From: Octopus vulgaris
Lineage: Eukaryota
Assembly: GCA_951406725.2 (NCBI GenBank)
Contig: OX597818.1
Location: 37,634,001-37,698,000, forward strand
Reading direction: 5' to 3'
DNA: 64,000 bases
Part shown: one piece after another, positions 23,953-37,357 of the stretch
How positions within the stretch are numbered: position 1 is the first letter of the stretch
Layout: each line of letters starts with the position of its first letter
The notes under the pieces: model-generated
Told to the model about the DNA's origin: nothing
The model's input: the letters and a program-made list of their open reading frames with translations, nothing else
Databases searched by the model: none
Program-made: the position numbers and the translations under genes

Positions 23953-26199
23953 AATTACGCAATCATTATTCTGAAATTGCCGAATATGTTTAATGTAACA
24001 AATTTTTTATCACATTTTATTAATTGATATCTTACATCACAGAACCCAAGAAATTTGGTCGTAGGACCCTGGGATCCCACAGAACTCACTTGAGGAAACA
24101 CTGGACTAGTAATTAAGACCCCATGTTGTGTATATGCCTTGGGGTTCAACAGGATGCTGGAAGTAACATTTGGGATAATAAGCTTAATGACCTTGAGGAA
24201 GTTGTAGAAAATGATGGAGGAGGTGTCAGTTGAAATAGAAGTGACAGCGAAAAAGCAAAATAAGGAAATGAAAATAAGAAAGGAGATGAAATAGAAGTGG
24301 AAGGATGGGGTGCTCTACTAATTTTTATTTTTTCTCACATACCGATAATTACTTTGGTGCTTTCATTCATGCTTCGCTTGTAATTACTATTTCATTTTAC
24401 CGGTCTGACTTTTCTCTCTCTGCATAGTTCGCGCGCGTACACACACACACACACAGAAAGAGAGACTACTCCTAGCTAAATCAACCCATCAAATAATTAT
24501 CTTTTGCTAACGTCCTACACTTATGTATAAGTTCGAATCGATATTGTTGGCAAAACAACAATACAATATCAGGAGAAATAGCAGACACCATATACAATTA
24601 ATAATTTACCGAATTCTCAAAATATTATATTTTATTGGAAATAATAGAAAAAAATGGTTTAGCATTCGAGAATTTGTTGTAACGAAAATCAAACAACAAA
24701 AGAGAGGAGAAGGGTAAAATTAATGAATCACTAAAAAAGAGGAGGAAGCAGGCGCTAGAGTAAATATAGAGAGAAAAAGGGAAAGTGTGAGAGAGAGAGA
24801 ATTTAGTGTTAAATGAACATTCTATAGACGATGCCAATATACTCTCATTCAAGCTACACTGGATACCTATAAAAACAAAAACAAAATTAAATAAAATGAG
24901 CTAAAACAAGAGAGAGAATTTGGATAAGTAGTTAAAGTGCTGTATACAGAATGCCAGATACAAAATACTCTTGATTAATTGAAATTTTCCACTGAATTGG
25001 AGAAGAGAAAACAAAATGTAGCAGCAATTATTTGGGGCTGTCAAAGGAAAAAGATAATTACTAGAAATTAAGAATTAATCTCTCAAAGTTATTTGCATGC
25101 TTTGGGGAAGAAAAATATGATCTTTCTCTACAATGCTCCGTTAAGCATTAAGTTGACTTTGAGGAATTGATTGTTCATTTTTTAAAGGAAAGTATGATCA
25201 TGGGTGGCAAAGATCATACTTTGCTTCTTCCAAGCATGTAAATCAACTTTGAGAAATTAATTTTTAATTTTTTAAAAGTTCTCTCCCCCTTTTCTTTCAG
25301 AATTGCTAACAAATGCCGCTAGATATTTGCTTTCTTTCTCTAACTAAGAGGTAAATTTCGTTTAATTATAATTTTCTTTTTCTTTTTTTTTTGTGTGCAT
25401 ATGATGATATACTCTAAATCACCTTTTTGCTTATTCAGACTGGTTAACACTTGGGTGACAGCCGTAAACTTATACTTAAATTGTAACGTGAATCGTATCA
25501 AAATAGAACACAAAGAAGTCGATACTTTGCACTCAGCTGGCGAGGAATTCACCAATTTATTAATGATAGTAGACATAAAATACAACCTTACAGTCTTACA
25601 AGTCTTTCCTTTCCCTTCTGAATATGAAACCGGGCCATTTAAGAAGAAATCATTTGGTGTAATGCTGTTGTGTAGTCATTTTACTAAACAAATAATTTTG
25701 TGAAGAGCATTTACGCACCATCTAAGCAAACCTTAAGCTAAAAGCATATAAAAGAAATATATGTTGCATTTTAGCAACTACTGGAAAGTTAAACTCTCAA
25801 GTTTGATTTCTGTTACCAATAGGAAGCAAATCAGTTCACTTATGTCAATAATGCACTTAAAGACACTATTGGCGTTTTGATTTCCTCTTTCCTGAATCCC
25901 GCGAAACTCGAGAATTCTTATGTAAAGAAAAAATATTTCTGGTTTACGGAATGAAATATTACGATTTTTCACAAAAAATGTTCTCTCTTCAGTCAAACCT
26001 TCCTCAAACTTTGCGAGCCAATGAGCTCTACGTTAGGGATGGGCAGTTCCTCGCCTCTGACATAATTTTACCCACATTTAAATTTAAAACTGCCTGCTGA
26101 TGCACTTCTCAAAAGATCTATTAAAAAGAAAACTGTTTAAGACAGAGCAAATCTGTAATATGTCTTTGTAATTTTAGCACAAGGCTAGCCCTTTTGAGG

Positions 26200-26605
26200 G
26201 ATGGGTTAGGTCAATTACATCGACAACAGTACTTGACGGGTATGTATATATATATCATCGACACCGAAAGGATGACAGACAGTCGACTTCGGTGGAATTT
26301 GAGCTCAGTACGTAAAGACCTGAAAGTAATGCCTATTTCTTTACTACCCACAAGGGGCTAAACACAGAGAGGACAAACAAGGACAGGCAAACGGATTAAG
26401 TAGATTACATCAACTCCAGTGCGTAACTGGTACTTAATTTATCGACCCCGAAAGGATGAAAGGCAAAGTCGACCCCGGCGGAATTTGAACCCAGAACGTA
26501 ACGGCGGACGAAATACGGCTACGCATTTCGCCCGGCGTGCTAACGTTTCTGCCAGCTCATACCGCTAAGCATTTTGTCTGACATGCTAGCGAGTCCTCTA
26601 AGCTC
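26200..26605 (-). mobile_element. SINE S1 nested in an older S1
   Basis: Young copy about 26331-26560 inside a diverged copy. Confidence 0.75.
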
Positions 26606-27297
26606 GCAGGCTTCAAATCTTCAAGTTGCTTTTAACACCCTATAAGACATACGCAGGTGTAATGCTTATTTTGTAACATCAGTCATGTGTTGCAATACGT
26701 ACGATGATAGCCAGATCATATTACAGCCAATTAATTAGCCTTCATTTGTTTACCAATAAAACCTCTTTTGCGAATATTCATTCTATCCTAATTGACATTG
26801 TTATCCTTATCGTATCAAGTCGGGCCGTTGACATCGCATTTCTGCCATTAGAGCACTTGAATTCGTTTAAATTCTCTTTTTTTTTTCTTTTTATTTCACG
26901 TATCGATTCCACCGTTCTCGATCTTATGCATTCTGATGTTATCTCAGTCAGCGACTCAACAATTAATATTGAACCAGTCTTTTCTTCTTCATTCTCTTCT
27001 TTTTCCAAGAATGATTATATTTGCAAATCATCCTTTCTTTCTACTGAGCTGACCGCTTCGCCTTGATATTTCTGTGAGTCTTTCTTTCTTCCTAACCAAA
27101 CCATGAAGTTGTTTTAAGACTCATTGGTCGTTAGTCCGCTAATCCTCCCTCATAATACCACAAATTCTACAAAAGCATCTCATTTCGAATGTCGACAATT
27201 CCATTTCGGTATTTCTTGAGTAATGTCTCTGTGTACTATGTTTGAGGATGGTTTCCGTACAAATTTAGTTCATAAATTATGAATACTTGCAAAATTT

Positions 27298-27605
27298 GGT
27301 GGAGGCGCAATGGCCCAGTGGTCAGGGCAGCGGACTCGGGGGATCGCGGTTGCGTTTCCCAGACCGGGCGTTGTGTATGTTTATTGAGCGAAAACACCTA
27401 AAAGCTCCACGAGGCTCCGGCAGGGGGTGGTGGCGACCCCTGTTGTACTCTTTCGCCCCAACTTTCTCTCACTCTTTCTTCCTGTTTCTTGAGTAACGCT
27501 GCGATGGACTGGCGTTCCGTCCAGTTGGGGAGAACACATACGCCACAGAAACCAGGAAACCGGGCCCATGAGCCTGGCTAGGCTTGAAAAGGGCGACAAA
27601 AAAAA
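27298..27605 (+). mobile_element. SINE family S3 (tRNA-derived)
   Basis: tRNA-like A/B-box head, A tail, 13-bp TSD acttgcaaaattt at 27285-27297 and 27606-27618. Confidence 0.9.
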
Positions 27606-28954
27606 ACTTGCAAAATTTACGATTCAGTTTCCTGTTTTGGTGGTGGTGGTGGGTTTAAGATATCAAATCAACATTGTAGAGTGGTCAAAACCAACCCCTT
27701 TTGCAATGGCTAATACTAATTCAATGACAGTTTATATTAAGTACAATCTTTGGTGTTTCGGTATTTAATTCATTATAACAATGTTGTTAATGATTTGTAA
27801 CATTTTAATTAATGCTGCCTAGCCTGACTCAAATGCAATTTTAAAAATTTATTATCATTTTTTTTCTCACGTTACCTGAATGTTAACACTTGCAATGAAC
27901 GTTTGATATCTGAAAGGTTCTCCAGCCCTACTAGGTTCTCAACCTGCTGGGTAAAGCAGCCAAATCGCCTTCGAACCGCACATTGTCGTCACAAAAAGAA
28001 AAGACAAACTTAAAAAAAAACAAAAAAAATGGTTACCTTAGATAAGGTGATACTAGATGCATTACATCTAAGAAAAAAAAAAAACGAATGGAGTGGTGCC
28101 GGACAGAAACCCTGTCTTTGAGTACAGATCTTCCAGCTGAGTAGGACCTGGTCTAATTAACAACACATAGTGTAATACTTGATGCCTTACATCACTTCTA
28201 GTACTCCACACCAATCATACCTACAACGAAATCCGATTCATATAAAATATAAGGAGTTTTAGTTTCTCTACGCATGACAATCTGTCGACGTTTATCGACA
28301 CCAAAGTGCAAGCAGTTTTTAGTGTGCGGCAGCTTCTTGTTGACACTGGACTGGAATAAATGGTGACAATATGGTGTTTAATGAAATGGCACAGTAAATT
28401 TATCAGATGAAATAGCTAATGAGAATTGATTGGATTAGTATTGGTTAGCTCCGGATATTTAATGTATACACAAGTACACACATTGTTTGGTTGACAGGTT
28501 GAGATGATTAGTTTGGCAGATATGGAGGTTTATCTGAAATGTGTAGTTCAAACCTCTTTGCGAGTAAGAAGTGATGACCAGTAACTGGTGGGTCATAACT
28601 GGTGGTGATAATAATGATACAATTACTTATTTTTATAATCTAGATGTTAGTTTTACACCTATGTACAGCTTCATAAAAAAAGGGTGAGTATTTGTGTGTG
28701 TGTATTTTTATATATATATGTATGTGTGTGTGTGTGTGTGTATGGCGCGGTATTATATATATATATATATATAATAATAAATATTAGGGAATAAATCCAA
28801 ATTTACAGGGAAAAAAAATCAGATTTAGGATTAAATCCAATTTTATAGTAAAATATTATATAATATTAATTAGAGACAAAACCACTATTTTGCAAAACAA
28901 ACAAGGAAAGACTTAATCAATACATAAGATTTTAATAAAAAGTCAAAAAAACCG

Positions 28955-28997
28955 CCACTACAATTGTTTCTTGTCCTGATCGACAATCTTCAGGTGG
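28955..28997 (-). ncRNA. minimal type I hammerhead ribozyme, family C
   Basis: Reverse complement of 29192-29234. Confidence 0.85.
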
Positions 28998-29032
28998 ACT
29001 TCCAATTTTCAAGTCAGTTTCAAATTATAATT

Positions 29033-29159
29033 TGATTGCCAAGGGTTACTTGAGACTAGTCTCAGCAACACAGTATTTGTACTGATTCCATTTCCTCTTG
29101 TAATTTCTTTGAATAAGAAAATCTGTCAAAGTTTATCGAACCAAAAAGCACAAATACTT
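29033..29159 (+). repeat. 127-bp exact duplicate of 31119-31245 at the palindrome axis
   Basis: Base-by-base identity, same orientation. Confidence 0.9.
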
Positions 29160-29191
29160 CATAATTTGAAACTGACTTGAAAATTGGAAGT

Positions 29192-29234
29192 CCACCTGAA
29201 GATTGTCGATCAGGACAAGAAACAATTGTAGTGG
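29192..29234 (+). ncRNA. minimal type I hammerhead ribozyme, family C
   Basis: ccac-CTGAAGA-ttgtc(gatcag)gacaa-GAAA-caattg-TA-gtgg; palindromic ACAAUUGU stem III; GUA site after 29230. Confidence 0.85.
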
Positions 29235-29317
29235 CGGTTTTTTGACTTTTTATTAAAATCTTATGTATTGATTAAGTCTTTCTTGTTTGTTTTGCAAAAT
29301 AGTGGTTTTGTCTCTAA

Positions 29318-29357
<40 letters not shown>

Positions 29358-29494
29358 CAAGAATGTTATCGGACTGAACATAAAATCAAGCTTTAATATA
29401 TATTACAGTTCTATATTTGAGAGACGAGGAATTATGTACATTATTTACATTATTTACATTTGACGGATATTTGTCCTCATTTTGTTTGTTGTTA

Positions 29495-29535
29495 ACACGT
29501 TTCGGCTGATGTATTCTCCAGCCTTCATCAGGTGT
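29495..29535 (-). ncRNA. hammerhead family B, small deletion at the cleavage site
   Basis: acac-CTGATGA-aggctgg(agaataca)tcagcc-GAAA-cgtgtt. Confidence 0.6.
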
Positions 29536-29601
29536 CCTGGGGAAATTTCGAACCTGAGTTCTCATTCCTAAGGTATTTTTCCGATGTTATTATCATTATT
29601 A

Positions 29602-29668
<67 letters not shown>

Positions 29669-29759
29669 TCACTATCCGAGTTCGATTCCAGGCAGTGACC
29701 TGAATAATAATAATAATAATACCTTAGGTATGGGAATCCGGGTTCGAAATTCCCCCAGG

Positions 29760-29799
29760 ACACCTGATGAAGACTGGAGAGTACATCAGCCGAAACGTT
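29760..29799 (+). ncRNA. hammerhead family B, 3' strand of stem I deleted
   Basis: acac-CTGATGA-agactgg(agagtaca)tcagcc-GAAA-cgtt-aac. Confidence 0.55.
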
Positions 29800-30208
29800 A
29801 ACAATAAACAAGATGAGGATAATTATTCGTTAAATGTAAATAATGTAAATAATAAATATATGTATATAAGGGTTTTGCATTAAAATTGTTTATGTGTGTG
29901 TGTGTGCCTTTTAGTATGTGTGTATTTTTAAAGACTGATATTAAGCTACTCAGAAGTAGTTTGAACTAGATGAACAAAACTGAAGAAATTATATTCTAAA
30001 TGTTTTTTTACGTGACAAAAAAATCCACGCTGTCAAAAACGTTCTTATTCAAAGAACTGTGTCTTGATTGAAATAATCACGATAATAATGAGATTTTCTG
30101 GACTTATTATGGCAATTCCGTATTGGATTTTATTGCTTCAAGTGTTATATTTTAAAAGTCGGAGTACGTTCTCCAGTCCGTAACAGAAGTCTGTAGTGTG
30201 CGTTTGTG

Positions 30209-30264
<56 letters not shown>

Positions 30265-32327
30265 TGTGTTTGTGCGCGCGTGCGCGCGTGTGTTTAAGTG
30301 TGAATAAAAATCACCGTACCAAACTTACATTTATGACTAGCTTTTGAATTATTCATACACACTGAATAACTTCCGTTTCTAATCCTAGAAGTCTAATATA
30401 CTTTAGGAACAATAGTGTCGTTGGATGTAAGATTATAATGAGTTATTAAGTTCTCAGGAACCTACAACAAATATTACACGAAATTCTTTATTGTATGAAT
30501 AATTGTCTCTTGTGCCAAACCTACCCTGGTTTTTCCCAGTCCATTTCGTCAGGATTCATACTGATCGCACTAATCACGCTCATTCTTTCCTTGTTATGAT
30601 CCCAGATTACTTCTTTCGATCTCATCAGACATAAAGATGAATAAAAAAAAAAAGGAACCTAAAAGCTGAATTGAATAGACGTTACTTATCAATTATTTCT
30701 TGTATATCGACATACGTACGGTTTCTCAGTTACACTCGGTACACTCCAAAAGTTCTCCATTAACACTCATATTGCGCCTTTTACCGTGGAAACTAATTTT
30801 AACTTCGTAGCCAACTTTCCTTGAATAATTTTGTTTCACAAACTTTTAAAATCTTAGTTTTTACGAAATTGCAATATGTGTGAGTATATCTCTCCTACAT
30901 ATTTTTTCCACATTTTTTCTTCTATTTACTTATTCAAGCATCGTCAGTCCAATATATTATTTTTAACATCACGACTTCCTAAATAACCATCCTCTATTGC
31001 AATGAAAAGATTTGAAATTTGAAACACAACTTCCATTGGTTTAAATTGGTTGTTTTTAATAGAAATCATTCACCATATATTTTATGTAACTAGGTTCTCA
31101 GTCTGCGTTGACAGTCCGTGATTGCCAAGGGTTACTTGAGACTAGTCTCAGCAACACAGTATTTGTACTGATTCCATTTCCTCTTGTAATTTCTTTGAAT
31201 AAGAAAATCTGTCAAAGTTTATCGAACCAAAAAGCACAAATACTTTTAGTGTATGGCTGCAATACGTTAACAATGGACGGGTACGTATATAAAAGCTGAT
31301 GTCATGTCTTACTTAATTTATTAGAACGTAGAATAGTTCACGAGAATTGATTGGACAGCATTGATCAGCTCCGGATATTTAATGTCCAAGTAAAGTTTGG
31401 TATCTTATGTCCATTGTATTCTACAAAGAATATCATTATTCTGCTCTTCGAAAAAGTTCGAAAAGAATTAACTACTGCAAGCTTCGTGTTCATTGACTAA
31501 CGAGCATTCTTTCGATCTCTAGATCGCGTATGAACGGTTCCAGTTACTGAAATATAGTGCAAATATATCTTACTCATGTTAGCGTTACCATATTAAATAC
31601 AGTGAATATTAAAAAGCTAATCAAAAATAATTATACTGTGATGAAAATGCAGAATAAATTACTATTATCTTAATGATCTCGCAAGTACGGGAGACAATTC
31701 CGGGCATGTTTCCGTCTTATTAGACCTCCTATAAAGACTTCACTGTACAAACTGAACCAGTGATGACATAATCATTAAACTGCTTTAAAATATTGGGCAC
31801 GAGTAGGGGGCCATAATTTAGCATAGTTTAAAGCAAAGGCTTCCATAAGTTTTCGTTCAATTTTCCCTGGTAACTTTTTGAAATTAATTTTACCCCCACA
31901 TTCTGTTTTATTCGGTAATTTGAGTTTGTGCTTCTACCACAATAAAACAACCGACAAAAAGGAAATTTAAAATACTGTCTCTAAACTTTATTATTTTAAG
32001 TTCAAATAACAATAAAACTAACACGTAACATCGTTATTTCACTCAGACGCAGACTTCTGAATGAGACTATTCTTTTAGAAGAATAATTAAAAAGTATGCA
32101 ATATAAAGAAGTAGACAGAAAAAAAAAGTATATATTTTCACAAACGAGCTCTTCTTCAAGCTTTCTACTCAACTTCAGATTTTTAAAAAAAGTTTATAAT
32201 TGAAAAAACATGCACACATCTAGAAACAACAAATTTACCCCCTGGGAGTAAATTCACCCCAATTTTGGCACTCCTGGTTCAGAAAACAAATTGATCAGAG
32301 AAAATTACATACTAATTTATTACCGTG

Positions 32328-32411
<84 letters not shown>

Positions 32412-32557
32412 TTGTTCTAGTTAAGTTTTTTTCCTTTGCAGAATTCAAACCGGTCACTAGTAAAGTGGCAAGGCTCTTTGGTGTATGTAGATATGTAAAT
32501 TGTTAAATGTGTGAATATGTGAGAGAGAGAGTGTGTGCTAGTATGTGCACTTGTGTG

Positions 32558-32592
<35 letters not shown>

Positions 32593-33644
32593 ATGTATAT
32601 ATACATATATATGTATGTGTGTGTTCTATATATACATGTGATTGCGTGTGTTCAGTCCAGGAACATCAAATAGAGAATCCCTGGAATGTTTTACAAAGGC
32701 GGTATGATTATGACTAAAAAGTCTTTGATCAGAGAGCTTTCCGGTCAAGAATAAATCGAGGTTAAGTCATAACAACAACCTCTGCTACTTATGGTCTCGC
32801 ACATACTTAAAATGGTGAACATTGCAACATTTTGTTAAAACTTTCGCTAATAAACACTCGAACTTACAAGAATCATATCAATTCAGAACAGTTTATGTAC
32901 TTTAATAACATCTCAGATAATGCCATATTTCATAAGAGCACCAACAGTTGCTTATCAAATGCTACTAGTTCCACTGTATTTATTCTCTACCAGGGAGAAT
33001 GCCAGTCTGTCATTTTCCAACATTTTCCAAGCCTTCAAAATTTGAAGAATATTTTGACATGGAACTAGGTTTCGACTCTTTTTAGAAGAGTACATGTTTA
33101 TGAAACTTTTACAAGGAAAAGTTTGATAGTGACTACGAAATTCCGGATTGCTCGCCATTGTCAGTTTGACAAAGGCGAGGAAACCGAAACTTCGAAATCA
33201 CTGCCAACTGTTCCCCCTGTAGAAGTTTCATAAACATGCATGAAGACGTACTTTTTTTTCCCGATATATGTATTTCTCGGTTTCGTGTATTTAGCTTTTC
33301 AAAAGACAAATTGTTTGAAAAGTTCATATCTCATTTTTGACTTTACAGCTTAAAACCTTGTCTTGCTTCTTCTATATTTTTCATTGTTGTTGATACTTGA
33401 TTTTTACTCGGTTTGTCTTCTGAATATTTACAACGCTGATGTAAAATAATCTTGTATTAAAGCAATTACTAGACCTCTTATCAATAATAGGTTCTGGTTT
33501 AGGCATAAGGCCATCAATTTTGAAGGGAATAGTCAATATTATGGACCTAAGTACTTGATTGGTATTCTTATTCTGTTGAGGAATGAAAGACAAAGTTAGC
33601 CTCGCCAGTATTTGAACTCAGCCTGTAAAGAAATGGAGGAAATA

Positions 33645-33880
33645 CCTATTTCGGTACTACCCACAAGGGGCTAAACGCAGAGAGGACAAACAAGGACAGA
33701 CAAACGGATTAAGTCGATTATATCGACCCCAGTGCGTAACTGGTACTTATTTAAACGACCCCGAAAGGATGAAAGGCAAAGCCGACCTCGGCGGAATTTG
33801 AACTCAGAATGTGAAGACAGACGAAATACCGCTAAGCATTCCGTCCGGCGTGCTAACGATTCTGCCAGCTCGCCGCCTTC
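33645..33880 (-). mobile_element. SINE S1 inserted in an older S1
   Basis: Full S1 flanked by diverged S1 pieces. Confidence 0.8.
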
Positions 33881-34333
33881 AATGGACGCCCACCGACGCT
33901 CTAATGAGTCTGCTCTACCGCATTATAGTCTAATATATAATTGCTTCAAATGTTGACATAGAGCGAGTAGTTTTTAGGGAAGTGGGTTAGTCGGTTACGT
34001 CGACCCCATTTCTGGAGTGTTAGTTTATTTTATCGACCCTGAAAAAAATAAACGATCAAGTTGACATCAGAGATATTTGAACTCAGAACATAAAGAGCTG
34101 GGAGAAATGCAGATAAGTATTTTTTGTCCGACACGCCGACGATTCTTCCAGTTCACCACATTAATGATATCAAATTTTGACACAAGGTCAGCAAGTCTTA
34201 TTAGGAAGAAGATAATCGATTACATCGGCCCCAGTGTTCATTTATTTTATCAACCCTTAAGGAATGAAAGGCGAAGTTGACCTGAATATAATTTGAAATC
34301 AGAACACAAAGAGACAAAACAAATAGAGTTTTT

Positions 34334-34748
34334 GGATCTTTTCGGTTTGAACGGCAGTTTTTTCTAGCGGTGTCATATGAAATTGTCACCCATAATTATG
34401 ACCCTAGTATCGATCTATTGCATTTCAATCTCTTTTAGGGTTAGGGTTAGGGGTGAGGGAAGGGTATTTTTTCTTCACAAATGTAAATAAACCCAATCTG
34501 TTTCTTAAACGAGGGACATATTCATACGGCACAGAATGTTTTTTACCTCAATAGGCGTCACTGATTGGTTGAAATTGCAGAAATTGAAGAAAAAAGAAAC
34601 AACAAATATCTTACAAACTATAGAATTCTGTCAATAAAGCCAAGAGAAATAGATGTTTTATAAACACATTCTACCAGTATACGAAGTTCAAAATGTTTTA
34701 GTTACCTAGAAATTATGTTAAAAACTGCCGTTCAAACCGAAAAGATCC
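34334..34748. mobile_element. MITE with about 29-bp TIRs and internal (TTAGGG)3
   Basis: ggatcttttcggtttgaacggcagttttt/aaaaactgccgttcaaaccgaaaagatcc; flanks gagttttt/aagttttt. Confidence 0.8.
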
Positions 34749-34928
34749 AAGTTTTTTTTTTTCAATGTTTCAACGATGTTGCCAGCTCCACGCCCTTTAC
34801 AATTTCTTTTTAGATAATAAAATCTATTCAACATTTTAATATTTGCTAATTGTAAAATAATAGAGCGGACAAATCGATGGACTTGCCAGTGTTTTTTTTT
34901 ATTTCAAATAATAGTATCTGTAGGCAAT

Positions 34929-35000
34929 AAGATTTGTGGAGACTGGCTGATATTTTAACTTTAAAAAGTTTTAAAATATCAGCCAGTCTCCACAAATCTT
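34929..35000. repeat. perfect 30-bp inverted repeat with 12-nt spacer
   Basis: aagatttgtggagactggctgatattttaa/ttaaaatatcagccagtctccacaaatctt. Confidence 0.9.
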
Positions 35001-36305
35001 TAAAGTTTTAAAGTTAAGTCAACACAATTAACTTTTAAACTATCAGCTGTACAGTGAGAATAGATTTGTTACACAGGCAGTTACGACGGTAGCTATAACA
35101 GCGTTGTAAGAGATCCTGAGATGATTATTAAATGCTCATCATAAAACAAAATTATTAATGATGAACTTCGTGAGAGCAGAAATATCTGGAGGATGTCATC
35201 AAGTTTATGTTTCTCGCTGTACTTATTCACCTACTTATACACAGCAGGAAGAAATAATTAAAAGAGCCTGTATGCAAATCACCTTAATGTTAATATCCTC
35301 TTTATTTTCTCTTTTTTTCACGACATCCAGTTGACTGACCTACATTTCTTAATCAACTTCTTCCTTGGGGGTAACTCAGATTAGTGTGTTTGTGTGTGCG
35401 TGTGTGCATGCGTTTCATGCTTCTGACTTTGTGTAAGACGCATCTTTAATTTTTCGATCGGCCATTTTGAAAAGATTTAATCTTAATGAACAATACAACG
35501 CGTTCTTTATCTCTTATTAACAACCAACAGATAATGTATTTGCATTTTATCGGCCAGTGTGTCTGACTTACAGTGACAACGCAATGCTTTCTTCTTTGAA
35601 CTGCAATTTACTGCTATAAAAAGCGAATGGTTGGTTTGTAATAGTTGTAGTTATACCAATATTTATTCGCAGTTCTTCGTCTCAGGAGAGATGCTAATGA
35701 TTATCATTGGCAGAATCGCTAGGGCGTCGGGAAAAAAGTCTCTTACGCTATTTCATCTGGCTCTTTATGTTCTGAGTTCAAATCCCACCGCGGTCAACTT
35801 TCCCTTTAATCCTTTCAGGGTCAATAAAGTACCAGTCATGTACTGGAGTGGGTGGCATTGACTAACCCCCTCCTCTAAAAACTTTGGATTTTGTGTCTAA
35901 ATTAGAAACGTTGGTCGTTGTTGTTATTATTATTGAGTGACAGAGCAACTCATGCTATCAAAGTGGCACCGGGGTACAAATATCCGCAACCCAATATACC
36001 CATCATGATTACCCGATAAAGATACACCAGGCACATGCAGCACAACTATATGTGCGCAACATGGTAACCTCGTATCACGATAAACAGCCCATGACATTGC
36101 AGGTCACTGAGGGACGTGCTCAACTGGTTAAGGTCAAGCACCTGATAAGTAAATCTGCGTTATTGAGCTGCATATTTATTGTAACGCATCTTTTGCACCA
36201 AGATAAATCGTACATGATAACACTTCCAATCAGTTGAGATCGGCAGCTATGAGAGACACTGCATTAGGGCATTCATCATCCTCCTTATCATCATCATCAT
36301 CATCA

Positions 36306-36338
<33 letters not shown>

Positions 36339-37258
36339 TCATCATCATCATCATGCAAGCCTTGTGCCAGAAATTAGAAAGGTTTATAGTTATTTCTAAC
36401 ATAAGGCAGTGAGCTGGCAGGTTCGTTAGCGTGTCGAACAAAATGTTTAGTAACTTTTCTTCGGTTCTTTACGTTCTGAGTTCAAATCCCGCCGAGGGGT
36501 CGGCTTTGTCTTTCATCTTTTCAGTGCCAATAAAATAACGACCACTTGGGTAACGAGGCCAATTTAATCGACTTACTTCCTCTCCTAATATCGTTGAAAC
36601 CATTATTATTTTTAACATAGGCACAGGGCTGTATATTTTTGGGGAGAAGCATAGTCAATTGCATCAATTCCAGTACATGACTGATATTTATTTCACAAAC
36701 TATGGAAGGACTGAAAGTAAATTCAGACCCAATGAAATTAGAACTGAAAATGTAAATGAAAGTAAAGCCCTTTCATCGCTTCTCTATCTAGTCTACTATC
36801 CCTCGCACTGACAGTGTTGCAAGGTCACAGACCTGTAAGGGAGAGGGATAAAAGCGATTGAATCCATCGTAGGGGTACTTGGCTGCTACCTATTTTATCG
36901 GAAATAGCGTGGAGATGAAGTGAAAGGTAAAATCACTGATGTCTCTGGAGACATTTTAATATGAATTGTGGAATAATGGCGTTTTTTAGTGTTAAATGTG
37001 ATGCCTTATTGCTTACCACTCTTTCATTTCTTGAAGGACAGTGTCGTTTAATAATAATGATTAGTGCCTCCTATTTAGAGAATTTGAGGAGAAGCCGATA
37101 TCACGACTCCAGTATGACTGCGATTTAAATTTATCGGCTCTGTAGTGTACTGATGAAAGGACAAGTTGATCTGTGTGATTTGAACTAAGGACATAAAGAA
37201 CCGGAAGAAATATTACAAGGCACTTTTTCCGACGATCTAACGATTCTGCAAATCCACC

Positions 37259-37327
<69 letters not shown>

Positions 37328-37357
37328 TGATAATAAAAATATTACTAAACGTAAACA

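Larger units (their letters stand above)
28775..29325. mobile_element. HHR family C inverted module in (TA)n
   Basis: Arms about 28865-29028 and 29161-29322 are nearly perfect reverse complements; (TA)n on both sides; related termini at 52396-53040. Confidence 0.85.
29406..29835. mobile_element. HHR family B inverted module, second copy
   Basis: Same arms as 9220-9544; centre holds (ATT)n and an inner hairpin with gagttcgattcc. Confidence 0.8.

Noticed and set aside
27080-27210. Minus-strand LSTFEMRCFCRICGI, RTE-like remnant
   Set aside because: Too short and decayed to annotate confidently
27298-27370. tRNA-like sequence (also 62102)
   Set aside because: SINE head with tail and TSD, not a tRNA gene
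30600-30633. Minus-strand CTGATGA-gatc-GAAA
   Set aside because: No stem I or III; chance match
34435-34452. Telomere or chromosome-fusion scar
   Set aside because: Only three units, located inside a TIR element
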